Source of the DNA: Hemiscyllium ocellatum
Lineage: Eukaryota
Length of the DNA: 64,000 nt
Direction: 5' to 3'
NCBI RefSeq assembly: GCF_020745735.1
Contig: NC_083409.1
Coordinates: forward strand, 18,930,341 to 18,994,340
Numbering within the stretch: position 1 is the first letter of the stretch; the number at the start of each line of letters is the position of its first letter. Below the pieces are notes generated by a model that saw only the letters and a list, made by a program, of their open reading frames with translations, did not search any database and had not been told where the DNA came from. Of the stretch, positions 24,580 through 36,500 are shown piece after piece. The position numbers and the translations under genes are program-made.

Positions 24580-25590
24580 ATTGGAATGTTGGCATTTCTT
24601 GCAGCAATTGGAATCTTGGTATTTATTATAAAAGGACTGGATTACAGAAATAAAGAAATATTGTTACAATTCTGTGAGGCTTTGGTGAGACCACATCTGA
24701 AGCATTGTGTCCAGTTGTGGTCTCCTTACTTGATGAAGGATATGGTGGCACTGGATGCAGTTCAAAGGATGTTCACCAGACTGATTCCCGGGATGAAAGG
24801 GCTGTCGTACGGGAATGGCTGAATAGCTAGGGCTTGTACTCACTGGAATTCAGTCGCAAGACGAGAGATCTGAGTGAGCTATATAAGATGCTAAAGGGGA
24901 TTGATAAGGCAGACATGGAACAGATGTTCCCTCTTGTGGGCCAGACTCGAACAATAGGTCATAGATATGGAGTGAGAGGAGGTCGGTTCAAAACTGAGAT
25001 GAGGAGAAACTACAGGTGGCACAGGGGTACAGTGGTGAGCACTGCTGCCTCACATTGCGAGGGACCCCAGTTTGATCCCACCCTCAGGCAACTGTACGGA
25101 GTTTGCACATTCTCCCCCTGTCTGCTTGGCTTTCACTTGGGGGCTCCAGTTTCCTCCCATAGTCTAAAGATGTACAACCTAGGAGGACTGGCCATACTAA
25201 ATTACCTATAGTGTCCAGGGATGTGTAGGTTAGGTTCATTAGTCATGGCAAATATAAGGTGACAGGGACAGGGTAGGGAGAACAGGTCTGGGTGGAATGC
25301 TCTTTCAAGGGTCATTGTAAACTTGTTGGGCCAAATGGCCTGTTTCATACTGCAGGGATTCTGTTCTATTGTAACTCCTTCTCTCAGAGTGTTGTGAATC
25401 TGTAGAAGTCACTGCCCCCAGAGTGCAGTGAAGGCAGAATCAATCAACAGATTGAAGAAAGAAACAGATAAAAGCAGGATAGAGGGCAATAGGGAGCAGT
25501 CTGGAAAGTGGAGATGAGGGTAAGACCAGCCATGATTATGTTAAATGGCAAATGGGCTTGAAGGGCTGAATTACCTATTCCTGCTCTTCA
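24580..25590 (+). mobile_element. CR1 3' fragment with nested SINE
   Basis: KGLDYRNKEILLQFCEALVRPHLKHCVQLWSPY; CR1 sequence resumes after the SINE at about 25370. Confidence 0.85.
25015..25365 (+). mobile_element. HE1/V-SINE type SINE
   Basis: cagtggtgagcactgctgcctcac...gagtttgcacattctcccc...gggccaaatggcctgttt. Confidence 0.8.
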
Positions 25591-25624
25591 TTCCGAAGTT
25601 CCAATCTTGCTACGGCAATGTGAT

Positions 25625-25945
25625 CCATGTAACTGGTCTCTACAGGAGGATCCAGTTGCAAGAAGTCGCAGGTTTACTGGTCTCTGTTGGAGGGGTCAGT
25701 TTGAAACTGGTCCATATTTACTGGAGAGTCCAATGAAATAGAGGCCTTTCTTTCCTGGCCTCTATTGGAAGGCCCAACAGGAATGTTCGCTCATCTCTGT
25801 TGGAGTATTCAGTGGGAAGAAGGCTCATATTTACTCATCTCCATGAGAGAGTTCAGTGGCAAAGAGGCCCATGTTTAATGGTCTGTATTTGATGGTCCAG
25901 TTGGAATGAATTCCATGTTTCCTATTCGCTACTGGAGGTTCCCAA
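25625..25945. repeat. Degenerate ~44-bp minisatellite (left part at about 24470-24565)
   Basis: About 7 units related to gaggcccatgtttactggtctct.ttgga...tcagtgggaa. Confidence 0.65.
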
Positions 25946-26359
25946 TAGGTCATGGACACCATGGTAGGTGTGGGCATCAGTTCCTTTATGTTGTAATTGT
26001 GTGATGGGTCCTGGTTTCATCCCAGAACCTGATTGTGGAAGGGGAAAGAGAAGGGAAGAGATTGGACAATGTTGTGGATGGATCAGTGGGTCAGAGTCTG
26101 TCCTGTCCGTCCAGCTCACACTGATGGCCTGAGGATCTCCTCTCTCTGCTGGGCCTTCATGGAATGAGCTTTGTGTCCAAACCAGTGAGAATGGGCCAAC
26201 AGCACAGAAATGCCTTTCATTTGACAAGAATCTGTCCATCTTCCTGAGACAGGCTGATGCGTAGTCAATGTGAGAAATGGGGCCTTACTCCAGGAAAAGA
26301 CATGCTTCTGTGGTCAAGAGTTAACATCCATTAGTGAGGCAGAGTTGCCAACTGGGACA

Positions 26360-26492
26360 NNNNNNNNNNNNNNNNNNNNNNNNNNNNNNNNNNNNNNNNN
26401 NNNNNNNNNNNNNNNNNNNNNNNNNNNNNNNNNNNNNNNNNNNNNNNNNNNNNNNNNNNNNNNNNNNNNNNNNNNNNNNNNNNNNNNNNNNN
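26360..26492. other. Assembly gap (133 N)
   Basis: N run flanked by ctgggaca / tgaaagcgaga. Confidence 1.
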
Positions 26493-27698
26493 TGAAAGCG
26501 AGAAAGGGATAGAGAGAGTCTGAGGCAATGTAAGATGAGTAAAAGGAGAGAGAGAGCAAAATAGAGGGAGATAGAGATGGTAAGGTTAAAGAATAGAGAG
26601 AGAGAGAGAGAGAGATAGGGTATGGGACAGTGTGACTGAGAGAGAAGAATAGAAAGGAGAGAGAAAAAGACAGAGTGAGTGTGAGACTAGGGGTAAAGGG
26701 AATCGAGTGAGAGAGACAGACAGACAGACAGACAGGTTCTGGTCACCACATTATGAGAAGGATATGACTGTACTCAAGAGGATGCAGAGCAGATTTCCCA
26801 GGATGCTGCCTGGCCTGGAGGGTCTGAGCTATGAGGAAGGATTGGAAAGGCTGGGATTGTTTCTCTTGGAGCAGTGAAGGTTGAGAGGGAACCTGCTAAA
26901 GGGCTATAAGATTATGAGGGGCAGAGATAGAGTGGACAGGAAGGCAATTTTTCCATAAGTAGAGGAATCAATACCCAGGGCAGATTTAAGATAACACAGA
27001 CGGACAAAGATAGAAACAGGGAGAAGGAGTAGGGTTAGGGTTGGGGTTTCGCCCTGTGAGGCTGCTCTATCATTCAATATGATCATGGATGATCGTCTCC
27101 CTCAATGCCAAGCTGGGATTAGTATTGTTAGATCATTGATGACCTGGATAGATTTGTTTAATGCTGTTCATGTCATTGAGCTTCTGATTGAGAGAGGGAC
27201 AGAAAACACACAAAGAGAAAGAGAGAGAGAGAGAGAGAGAGGTTCACATTGTGAGATTGAGTGAGAGGACAAGGCATTTAACAGCTACCCCAGGACTCAG
27301 TGTTCCAATATACCAGAATAGCGCCTGCTATAGAGATCAATTAGAGAGTGACAGGAGGGAGGGACATAAACAAAGAGAGAATGAGAGAATGAGAGATTGA
27401 GGGTATGAGGAGAGAACAAGTGAGGAAACAGGTAGATAGATAAGTGAAGGAGACCAACAGATGATAAGAGACAGAGAGAGAGAGATCAACCAACACAGAA
27501 GGAAAGGGAGATAAACAGAGTGTCAAACACACATGGAAAAAGGGAAAGATATAAGTGGTTATATAATTGGGAGAGGACAGAGTCGGAAATGGAATAGAAA
27601 AAGAGGGAGTAAGTCAATGAATGACAGAATATATACAAGAGAAAGGGGAGAAAGAGAGAAAATGGAAAAGGGATGGAGAAAGTTCGGAAGGATGAGCA

Positions 27699-27735
<37 letters not shown>

Positions 27736-27752
27736 AGAGGAAGTGTGGAGGC

Positions 27753-27832
27753 TGACGTGGCTCTCTCTGCCCGATGTCATTTACATACTGAGGAACACCC
27801 AGTCAGACTCTCACAGGCTGCAGCTTTATAAA
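27753..27832 (+). promoter_or_regulatory. Ig light-chain V promoter: CRE-like TGACGT, decamer-like TCATTTACAT, TATA (TTTATAAA)
   Basis: TGACGT 27753-27758; TCATTTACAT 27777-27786 (one mismatch to TNATTTGCAT); TTTATAAA 27825-27832; ATG 61 nt after the TATA end. Confidence 0.75.
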
Positions 27833-27892
27833 GCAGAGCCCAGTGAAGGGAGAGTTTATCAGGAACCAGGCACAGGGACAGCAGCACACACC

Positions 27893-27941
27893 ATGATTTC
27901 ACACATCGAGTTGGTCTGGCCCCTGGCATTCTGCATCGCAG
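27893..27941 (+). CDS. IGKV: Ig kappa-type leader exon L1 (MISHIELVWPLAFCIA-G)
   Basis: ccATG start, 16 codons plus G, phase-1 GT donor at 27942; 168-nt intron ending ctcag at 28109. Confidence 0.92.
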
Positions 27942-28109
27942 GTACATCAGCAATCTCTCCTTCCAACCTGAATCTTTAGCCCTCCATTTTACTTCAGTTC
28001 CACAGATTGTGATTGAAGGGAAAATGCTCAGTGTCTTCAACAATTTCTCATTTGACATGCTCTTTTTTTGAAAGTTCTGATTTCACTGTGTTTCTCTCTG
28101 ACCCCTCAG

Positions 28110-28411
28110 GTATCAGCGGAGACATCATCATGACCCAGTCTCCCCCGGTGCTGTCAGTGGGACTGGGCCAGACCGCAACACTCACCTGTAAATCCAGTCA
28201 GAGTGCCACGACTGATGTTGAATGGTTCCAGCAGCGAGAAGGACAGAAACCCTCTCTCCTGATCTACAATGCAGTAATACGAAACACAGGAGTCTCCGAC
28301 AGATTCACCGGGACAGAAGTGTCCATCACACACTTCACCCTGACAATCACCAACGTTCAGAATGAGGATGTTGCTGACTATTACTGTCAGCAAAGTAGGA
28401 GCTGGCCTTGG
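28110..28411 (+). CDS. IGKV: Ig kappa-type V exon (L2 ISG plus V from 28121: DIIMTQSPPVLSVGLGQTATLTC...WFQQ...DYYCQQSRSWPW)
   Basis: Open frame with conserved Cys, Trp and YYC; immediately followed by 12-RSS. Confidence 0.97.
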
Positions 28412-28439
28412 CACAGTGATACAGAGCCATACAAAAACC
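28412..28439 (+). other. V recombination signal, 12-bp spacer
   Basis: CACAGTG-atacagagccat-ACAAAAACC (perfect consensus). Confidence 0.98.
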
Positions 28440-28973
28440 TCAATACACACAGCACCACTGCCTGTACTGACACATCCCACTGCTATATATAATATATAAT
28501 AATGGACACAAAGTCCCACCTCCTGCCCTGACACATCCCACCACCATACATAATATATAATAATGAACACACAGTCACAGTTATATATAAACAAAACTTA
28601 ACAAATTAGCTCCATGCCAGGCTTGTCACTATTCAGTCCCTGTGGTATTCACTGCTCACTTAAAGCCTCAAGTTTCCTTATTAAACATATAAGCACATGT
28701 GAAGAGCAACTGCAAGGGTGAACTGTGAAAAATAAAGTTCACAAACCTCCCAAACCCAGCTGGACACAGCCCAGACAGAGAGACAGGGACTCAACAGAAA
28801 GAGAGAAACAGTTTGAGAAAAACAGAGATAAAAGACATAGGTGACAGTGAGAAAGACAGTGAGAAGGTGAGAGTAAGTGACAGACAAAGGGGGACAGGGA
28901 GAAGGTGAAAGTGAATGAGTGACAGAGAGAGAAAGGAAGAGGGTGAGAGTGACAGAGGGAAGCAGAGAGCTAA

Positions 28974-29012
28974 GGTTTTTGTACAGCCTCTGCACTGGGT
29001 GCTCTCACTGTG
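28974..29012 (-). other. J recombination signal, 23-bp spacer
   Basis: GGTTTTTGT (28974-28982), 23 nt, CACTGTG (29006-29012). Confidence 0.98.
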
Positions 29013-29047
29013 GTACACGTTCGGTAAAGGAACCAAGCTCAGACTGA
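29013..29047 (+). CDS. IGKJ: Ig kappa-type J segment (YTFGKGTKLRL-S)
   Basis: FGxGT motif; phase-1 donor A|GTAAGT at 29048. Confidence 0.97.
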
Positions 29048-29421
29048 GTAAGTAAACCTCAATCCTCTGTTATTAACCCTGTCAATACTGAAACACAATT
29101 TCTAAAATACAAATGCTGAATTGTTCAAGGTGTTAGTGAGAAGCTGCAGTGAATGAAATAATTGATTGAGGAGCACTGTGTCTAACAGGGTGTCTAGCTG
29201 TATTTATTTAGTTCCATTGCTCTCTTTAAGCAGCAAGATATAAGTCAGTAAGTTTTACTCACCGTGTGGAGGAGCTCTGTCCATTTGCAGCCTGTGGTCC
29301 CATTCCTGCAGCATGGAGTGAAATCAGTGAGTAGCCTCCTGCCAGTCTCAGTGTGACGGACACGGGGCAGAGTTTGATGTGAGCTCTGGCTCCCTGTCCC
29401 AGTCTCTGATCTCACTGACCT

Positions 29422-29451
<30 letters not shown>
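29422..29451. repeat. (CAG)10 microsatellite
   Basis: Ten CAG units counted directly. Confidence 0.95.
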
Positions 29452-29453
<2 letters not shown>

Positions 29454-29489
29454 CAGTGAGACACTGAGCTCCCACCTCTCCCAGCTTTA

Positions 29490-32400
29490 ACTCTGCTCAA
29501 TCACACAATCACAGAATTGTAACAGTGCACACGGAGGCCATTCCACCCATCCTGTCTGCACCAGCTCTCCGAATGAGCAATACACTGAGTGTCATTCTCC
29601 TGCCTTCTCCCTGTCACCCTGCACATTGTTCCTTTTCAGATAACAGTCTCATTCCCTTCGGAATGTTTCATTGAAGCTGCCTCCACCACACTCTCAGGCA
29701 GCGCATTCCACACCTTAACCACCCACTGGCTGAAAATATTTTTCTTCATCCCACTTTTGTTTCTTTTACCAATTACTTTCAATCTGTGGTCTCTCCTCTC
29801 AATCCTTTCTCAATTGGGAACATTTTCTCCCTGTTTACTCTGTCCAGACCCCTCCTGATGTTGAATTCCTCAAATACATCTCCTCTCAGCCTTCTCTTCT
29901 CCAAGGAAGACAGTCCAAATTTCTCCGTTGTATTTTCATAACTGGCATTACTCATCCTTGAAACTTCCACGGTTTTTTTTAACATATCTGCAAAATATTC
30001 ACTTCCTTCGTGAAATATTCACCTTATCTATTCCCTATAGTCCTGTTTGCCTGCATGTGGCTAAAATTTCTGTCGACCTTTCCTATCCATGTTATAATCA
30101 GACTCGCCTCTACAACCTCCTCTCACAGTTCATTCATACACGCACTGCCCTCTAAGTGAAAGAGATGCACCTCAGGTCCCTTTTGAATCTTTCCCCTCTA
30201 ACCTTAAATGTCTGTCCTCTAGTTTTGGACTCCCCTATCCTGGGGAAAAGACCTTGACTGGTCACCTTATCTATGCCCATTATGATTTTATAAACCTTTA
30301 AAATGTCACCCCGTAGCCTCTGACCTTCCAAGAAAATAGCCCAGGCCTAACCAGCCTCTCCTTATAACTCAAACCCTCCAGTCTCGGTGACATCCTTGTC
30401 ATCCTTTTTACACCCTCTCCAGTTTAATGACAGCCTTCCAATAGCAGCGTGACCAGAAATGTGGCCTGACCAACTCCTATACCCAATGCTCTGACTGGCA
30501 AGTGTAACCAAATGCTTTCTTCACCACCCTGCCGACATGTGACTCCAGTTTCAAGGCATTATATGCCTCCACCCCTTGATTTCCCTGTTTGACAACACTC
30601 CCCATTGCCCCATAATTAACTGTGTAAACCCTGGCCTAGTTTTTGTACCAAAATTTAACACCTGCCTATTATCTCAATATGGAATGTAAATATGCTCTCA
30701 AATAGCCTTCGTCACTGCCCGCTATGCCACCAATTTTGGTGTCATCTGCAAACTCACAAACCATACTTCCTATATTTTCATTCAAATATTTTCTATAAAT
30801 GACGAACAATGATGAACCCCGAACCAACTTTTTACCACACCGCTGGTCACAGGGTTCCAGTCTGAACAATAACCTTCTACCACCACTCTCTGTCTCCAAC
30901 CATCAAACCAATTTTTACCAATTGGCTTGCTCTCCCTGGATTCCATTTGATGTAACCTTGCGGGAACTTGTCAAAGGCCTTGCTAAAGTCCATGTAGACA
31001 ATGTCTACCACTCTGCCTTCAGTTATTAACTTGGTCATGTCTTCAAAAAACTCAATCAAATTTGTGACACAATTTCCCACTTACAAAGCCATGTGGATTA
31101 TTCCTAATCGATCCTTGTCTTTTCAAATGTGTGTAGATCCTATCTTTCAAAATCCCTTCAATAACTTACTCACCACTGGTATCAGACTCACCTTGCAGAC
31201 TTTATTAACTAACAGCACAACATCATTCAAGCTCCAGTCTTCCAGCACATCACCCGTGGCTATTGATGATACAAACATCTCTGCAAGGGGCATCGCTGTC
31301 TCTTCCCAAGTTTCCCAGAAACTGCTGGGATAGACCTGATCCGGTCCTGGGGATTTATCTACTTTAATGAGTTTTAAGAACAGATTACAGCACCTCTTCG
31401 TCTGTAATATGGACTCTTCTCAAGACATCAACAGTTATTTCCCAAATTTCTTCACTTCCATGTCTTTCTCAACTGTAAATATTGCGGTAAAATATTAGAT
31501 TTGTGACTCATCCATATTTTGTTTGAAAAAGAAATGAAAATTTCTAAGTGTGAGACATTTGGAGGTGATACGTGGGATATGATCCATGGTCCTGACTTTA
31601 CTCTGGATTGTCCTTTGTCCTTTTCCACTGTCTCCCTAAACCTTGTGATACAATGATCACTCTTCTCTAAATGTCCTCTCACTGACACTTGATCCACTTG
31701 AGCCTCCTCACTCCCAAGATCCAGGTCTAGCAGAGCATCCACTCCCATTCACCAGGAAACATACGGCTGAAGAAAAATCACTGAGCACAATCTCACAACT
31801 CTGGCCCTCTTTGTCCTTCACACTGCTCCTATCCCATTCTATATTCTGATAACTAAAGTCCCCCTAATGTTTGCACTTCACTGTAAATTCCTTCCAGGTT
31901 TGTTCCTCTCCATCCTTCCCACTAGTCAGTGACCTACAGACTGCACTGAAAAAACTGATTGCACATTTTGTTTCTGATCTTGAACCAAATCGGTTCTGTC
32001 CTTGACCGCTCTGGGACATCCTCTTTCTCCAGCTCTGCACCGATCTCCTTAACCAATCCCACACCTCTCACTCTTCCCCCACTTTCCTATCTTTCCTAAA
32101 TGCTTTGTATCCAGGAATATCTGTGTCTGTAACTCTCCAATCTTATTTGTTTCTTTAAATGATGAACAATGATGAACCCCGAACCAATCCTTTTGCCACA
32201 CCGCTGGTCACAGTCTTCCAGTCTGAATAATAACTTTCTACCACCACTCTCTGTCTCCAACCATCAAACCAATTTTGTACCAATTGGCTTGCTTGCCCTG
32301 GATCCCATTTGATCTAACCTTACTAACCAGTTGTCCATGTGTGCAGTCCCATACAGTCAACCGGATTTAGAATTTATTACTCTCTCCCTCACTCTGACCT

Positions 32401-33490
32401 TGCCCAAGAAGTTACTATTCCTTATTCTCGTGTATCTATCTCCCAGGATTCTGTCTTCCTTGGTGTTCCTCCCTGATATTACCTCCTGGTTCACTCAGAC
32501 CTGCCAAATTGGTTTAATCCCTCCCCAACAGCACAAGCAAGTCACACCTCAAGAAGCTCAATTCCTGCTCTGTTCAGGAGCAACCCATCCAGTCTATAGA
32601 GGTCGCATCTCCCCTGGAATCATTCCCAATGTCCAATATCTCAAACCCTCCCTCCTGGACCATCTTTTCAGCCTCACATTCACCTGTCTTATCCTCCTAT
32701 TCCTATTCTCACTTGCATTGGTTGCTGGGAGTAATCCAGAGATTCCTACTTTTGAGCTCCTGCTGCTAATTTCCTCCCGAGCTCCCTAAATTCAGACTGC
32801 AGGACCACATCCCTTTCCTCCCACTGTCACTGGGACCGATGTGGACCAAGACTGTTGTCTGTTCCCCCTCTCCCCTCAGGATGCTCTACAGCAGCTCAGT
32901 GACATCCTTGACCCTGGCACCAGGGAGACAACACGCCATCCTGGATTCCCATCTGCAGCTGGACAAACACCTATCGATTGTCCTCACTCTCGAATCTCTT
33001 CTCACTATCGCTCTTCCAGTCTTCCTTGTGCCCTCCCCCCGGTACAGCTGAGCCCCCCACCACCACAGTGGTGCCATAGACTTGACTCTGGCTGCATTAC
33101 CCAGATGAACCATCATTCTCATCAGGATTCTGAACTGAATCCTAATTGGAGAGAGGAATGCACTCAGGGTATCCCTGTACTAGCTGCCTGGTCCTTTTGG
33201 ACTGTCTGCTGCTCCCCCCCATTCCCTCTCTCCCTGCATACTCTGAAGCTGCAGAGTGACCACATCTAGAAACGTGCTCTTCACGGACCTCTCAGCCTCA
33301 CGGACGCTCCGCACTGACACCAGCTGCTGCTCAAGCTCCGAAACCCGGAGCTCCAACTGCTGTCACTGATCACACTTCCTGTAATCATGGTATTCCAAGA
33401 CCGGGGAAGCATTCTGAAGTTCCCACATGGAACAAGATGAACTTTTCTCCATTCCCTGATTACCTCTTGGCAAAGTTCTGATGACAAACA
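29490..33490 (-). mobile_element. CR1 LINE fragments including ORF1 (esterase-like) and ORF2 pieces, in the J-C intron
   Basis: GRAIVRRDSRVRTIDR...CCLPGARVKDV (ORF1); LIEFFEDMTK...YMDFSKAFDK; CEFADDTKIGG. Confidence 0.85.
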
Positions 33491-33559
33491 GCTCCAGCAG
33501 GGCTCACAATCCAGTGCTCTCAGTGTTCTTGGGTTTTGCAGAGTCTCTTCAAAAATATC

Positions 33560-36500
33560 AGAATTAGGCCATTCGCCCCATCAAGTCTGCTGTGCCATTT
33601 GGTCATGGCTGATGTGTTTCTCACGACCATTGTCTTCCCTTCTTACCATTATGTTTGATTGCCTTTCCAGTCAAGAACCTACCAATGCCTGTCCTAAATG
33701 CACTCAATGACTTCACCACCACAGCAACTGGTTATCCTTTAACTCTGTGGCTGTGCCCACTGGTCCAATTTTCTCTTCCTTGTGGAAACATCTTCTCCAC
33801 GTCCATTCTATCTAGGCCTCTCAGTATTCTGTAAGTGTCAATGTGATCTCCCCATGTCCTTCTGAACTCCATCAAGTACACATCCAGAGTCCTCAACCGC
33901 TCCTCATCAGACCAGGCTGTCACCCCCAGGGTCATTCTTATAAACCTCCTCTGGATCTCCTCTAATACAAGCACATCCCTCCTTAGATACAGGTCCCAAA
34001 ACTGTTCACAATATTCCAAATGCAGTCTGACCAGAGTCTCATACAGCCTCAGCAGGACATACCTGTTCTTGTATTCTAACTCAGTTGAAATGAATGATAA
34101 CATTGCATTTGTCTTCCTAATTGCTAACTGAACCAAAATGTTCACCTTCAGAGTAACCTGAAAGAGGACTTCCAAGTCCCTTTGTACTTGAGAATTCTGA
34201 ATTTCCCCATTTAGAAAACAGTTTGAGCTTCTGTTCTTCCAACCAAGCTGCATAACCTCACACATTCCCATATTGTATTCCATCTGCCACTTCGTTGCCC
34301 ACTCTCTGAGCCTTTCCAAGTCCTTCTGCAGCCTCCCTGCTTCCTCAACTCTCCCTGTCCCTCACCTCATCTTTGTGTCATCAGCAAATTTAGGAACAAT
34401 GCCCTCAGTTCCTTTTCCCAGATCGTTGATATATAATTAATTGTTACATGATCAGCTGAAGTCCCAACACTGCCCCCTGCTGAACTGCACGAGGCACCAG
34501 CTGCCATCCTGCAAAAGACCCATTTATTCCCGCTCTCTATCCATGTCAGTACCGGGCCCCAAACCCCATGGGCTCTTATGTTATTTAGCAGCCTCCTGTG
34601 TGGCAACTTGTCAAAGGCCTTCTAGAAATCCAAATAGATCATGTTGATTGGTTCTCCTTTGTCTAACTTGTCATTAACTCCTCTTATTACATAGAATTCC
34701 AGCATCTCCCTCTCGAACTGCAAGGTGAATTCTAACACATTATGGTCACTGCCCCCTCAGGGTTCATTCACCTTCAGTTCCCCAATCAGAGCTGCCTCAT
34801 TACACATCACCGAATCCAGAATTACCTGTTTCCTAGGGGATCTACCACAAACTATTCCGAAAAAGCCTCTCGTAGACATTCCATGAATTCCCTTCCTTGA
34901 GATCCATTCCCAACCTGACTTTCCCAGTTCACCTGCATATTGCAGTCCCCACAACTATTGTAATAATCCCTTTCTTACATGCCTTTTCTGTCTCCTGATT
35001 TATTTTCTGATCCACGTCCCGATTACTGCAAGGAGGTTTGTACATAATTCCCATCAGGTTCTTTGTTCCTTTGTGGTTTCTTAAATTGACTCACACAGAT
35101 TCTATGCACTCTAACATTATATTTCCTCTTGCTGTCGATGTAATTTCAATTCTAACTGACAGAGTAAACCCACTCCCCAACTTGCCCATCTACTGATCAC
35201 GAGGAACGTAAAAACATAGAAAATAGCTGCAGGAACAGGCTATTTAGCCCTGAGAGCCTGCACCACCGTTCAATATGATCATTACTGATTATGCAATCTC
35301 CGATTCCCATTCCCACTCTCCCCAATATCACTTGATCCTTTTAGCTGCAAGTGCCACATTCCTCTTGAAATATGTCTAACAAACTGCCCCCATGAGCTTT
35401 CTGTGGTAGAGAATTCCACAGGTTCACAACATCTGAATAACCTAACCTTATTTGTGATCTTTGAAGCCGAGTTTTGGATTTCTCTAATATCGGGAACATT
35501 CTTCCAGCATCGAGCCTGTCAAGTCCCATCAGGATTTTACATGTTTCTGTGAGATTCCCCTCATTCTTCTAAATCCCAGTGAGTACAAGCCCAGTCAATC
35601 ATATGTCAGTCCTGCTGTCCCAGGAATCAGTCTCATGCACCTTCGCCGGGCTCCCTCAATAGCAAGAATGTCCTTCCTCAGACTAGGAGACTAAAACTGC
35701 GCACAATACTCAAGGTGAGGCCTCACCAAGGCCCTGTTTAATTCTGCAAGAAGTCCTTACTCCAATACACAAATCCTCTCACTGTGAAGGCCAACATGCC
35801 ATTAGCTTTCCTCACTGCCTGCTGCACGTGCGTGCCCCCTTTCAGTGACTGTTCCACCATGACACCCAGCTCTCATTGCACCTCACGTTTTCCTAAACTT
35901 TCACCATTTATTAATAATTTGACTTCCTGTTTACCACCAAAGTGGATGATCTCACATTTACCCACATTATATTGCATTTGCCAAGCATTTGTCCACTTAG
36001 CCAGCCTGTCCAAGTAACGCTGCAGCCTCTTAGCATCCTCCTCACACCACACACTGTCACCCAGCTTCATGTCATCTGCAAGTTTGCATGGATTGCATTC
36101 AATACCTTTGTCCATGTCATTTATGTATATTGTGAACAGCTGGGGTCCCAGCACTGAACCCCTGCAGTACCCCACTCACCACTGCCTGCCACTCTGAGAA
36201 GGACCCATTTATTCCAACTCTCTGCTTTCTATCTGGCAACGAGTTCTCTCTCCATGTCAATACATTACATCCAATACCATGTGGTTTAATGTAACTCACT
36301 AATCTCATGTATGGGACCTTGTCAAAAGCCTTTTGAAATTCCAGATACACAATATCCACTGAGTTCTGAGGGAGGGTCACTCAATTCGAAACTCTAACTT
36401 CGATTGTTCTCCACAGATGCTGCCAGATTTGCTAAAATGTTTCATCATTTTTTTTTTGTTTTGTTGTCCACTGATTCAGCCTTGTCCACTCTCAGCTGAT

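Noticed and set aside
6655-25945. 44-bp and 21-bp arrays as CRISPR-like repeats
   Set aside because: Eukaryotic context; degenerate tandem units without unique spacers or cas genes.
117-26300. Many 60-170 aa ORFs as host genes
   Set aside because: They translate to broken CR1, other LINE, Gypsy or Penelope protein fragments, their antisense frames, or low-complexity sequence; no coherent exon structure.
28013-28492. 159-aa ORF as a single-exon protein
   Set aside because: Its start lies in the leader intron and its end reads through the RSS; the real unit is the spliced L plus V exon.
28412-29012. Germline-joined VJ or additional J/D segments
   Set aside because: Both RSSs and the spacer are intact, and I found no further RSS-flanked segments.
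29245-29475. Secreted protein gene from the poly-Leu ORF
   Set aside because: No in-frame ATG and the hydrophobic run is simply the (CTG)10 microsatellite; kept only as a possible non-coding antisense exon.
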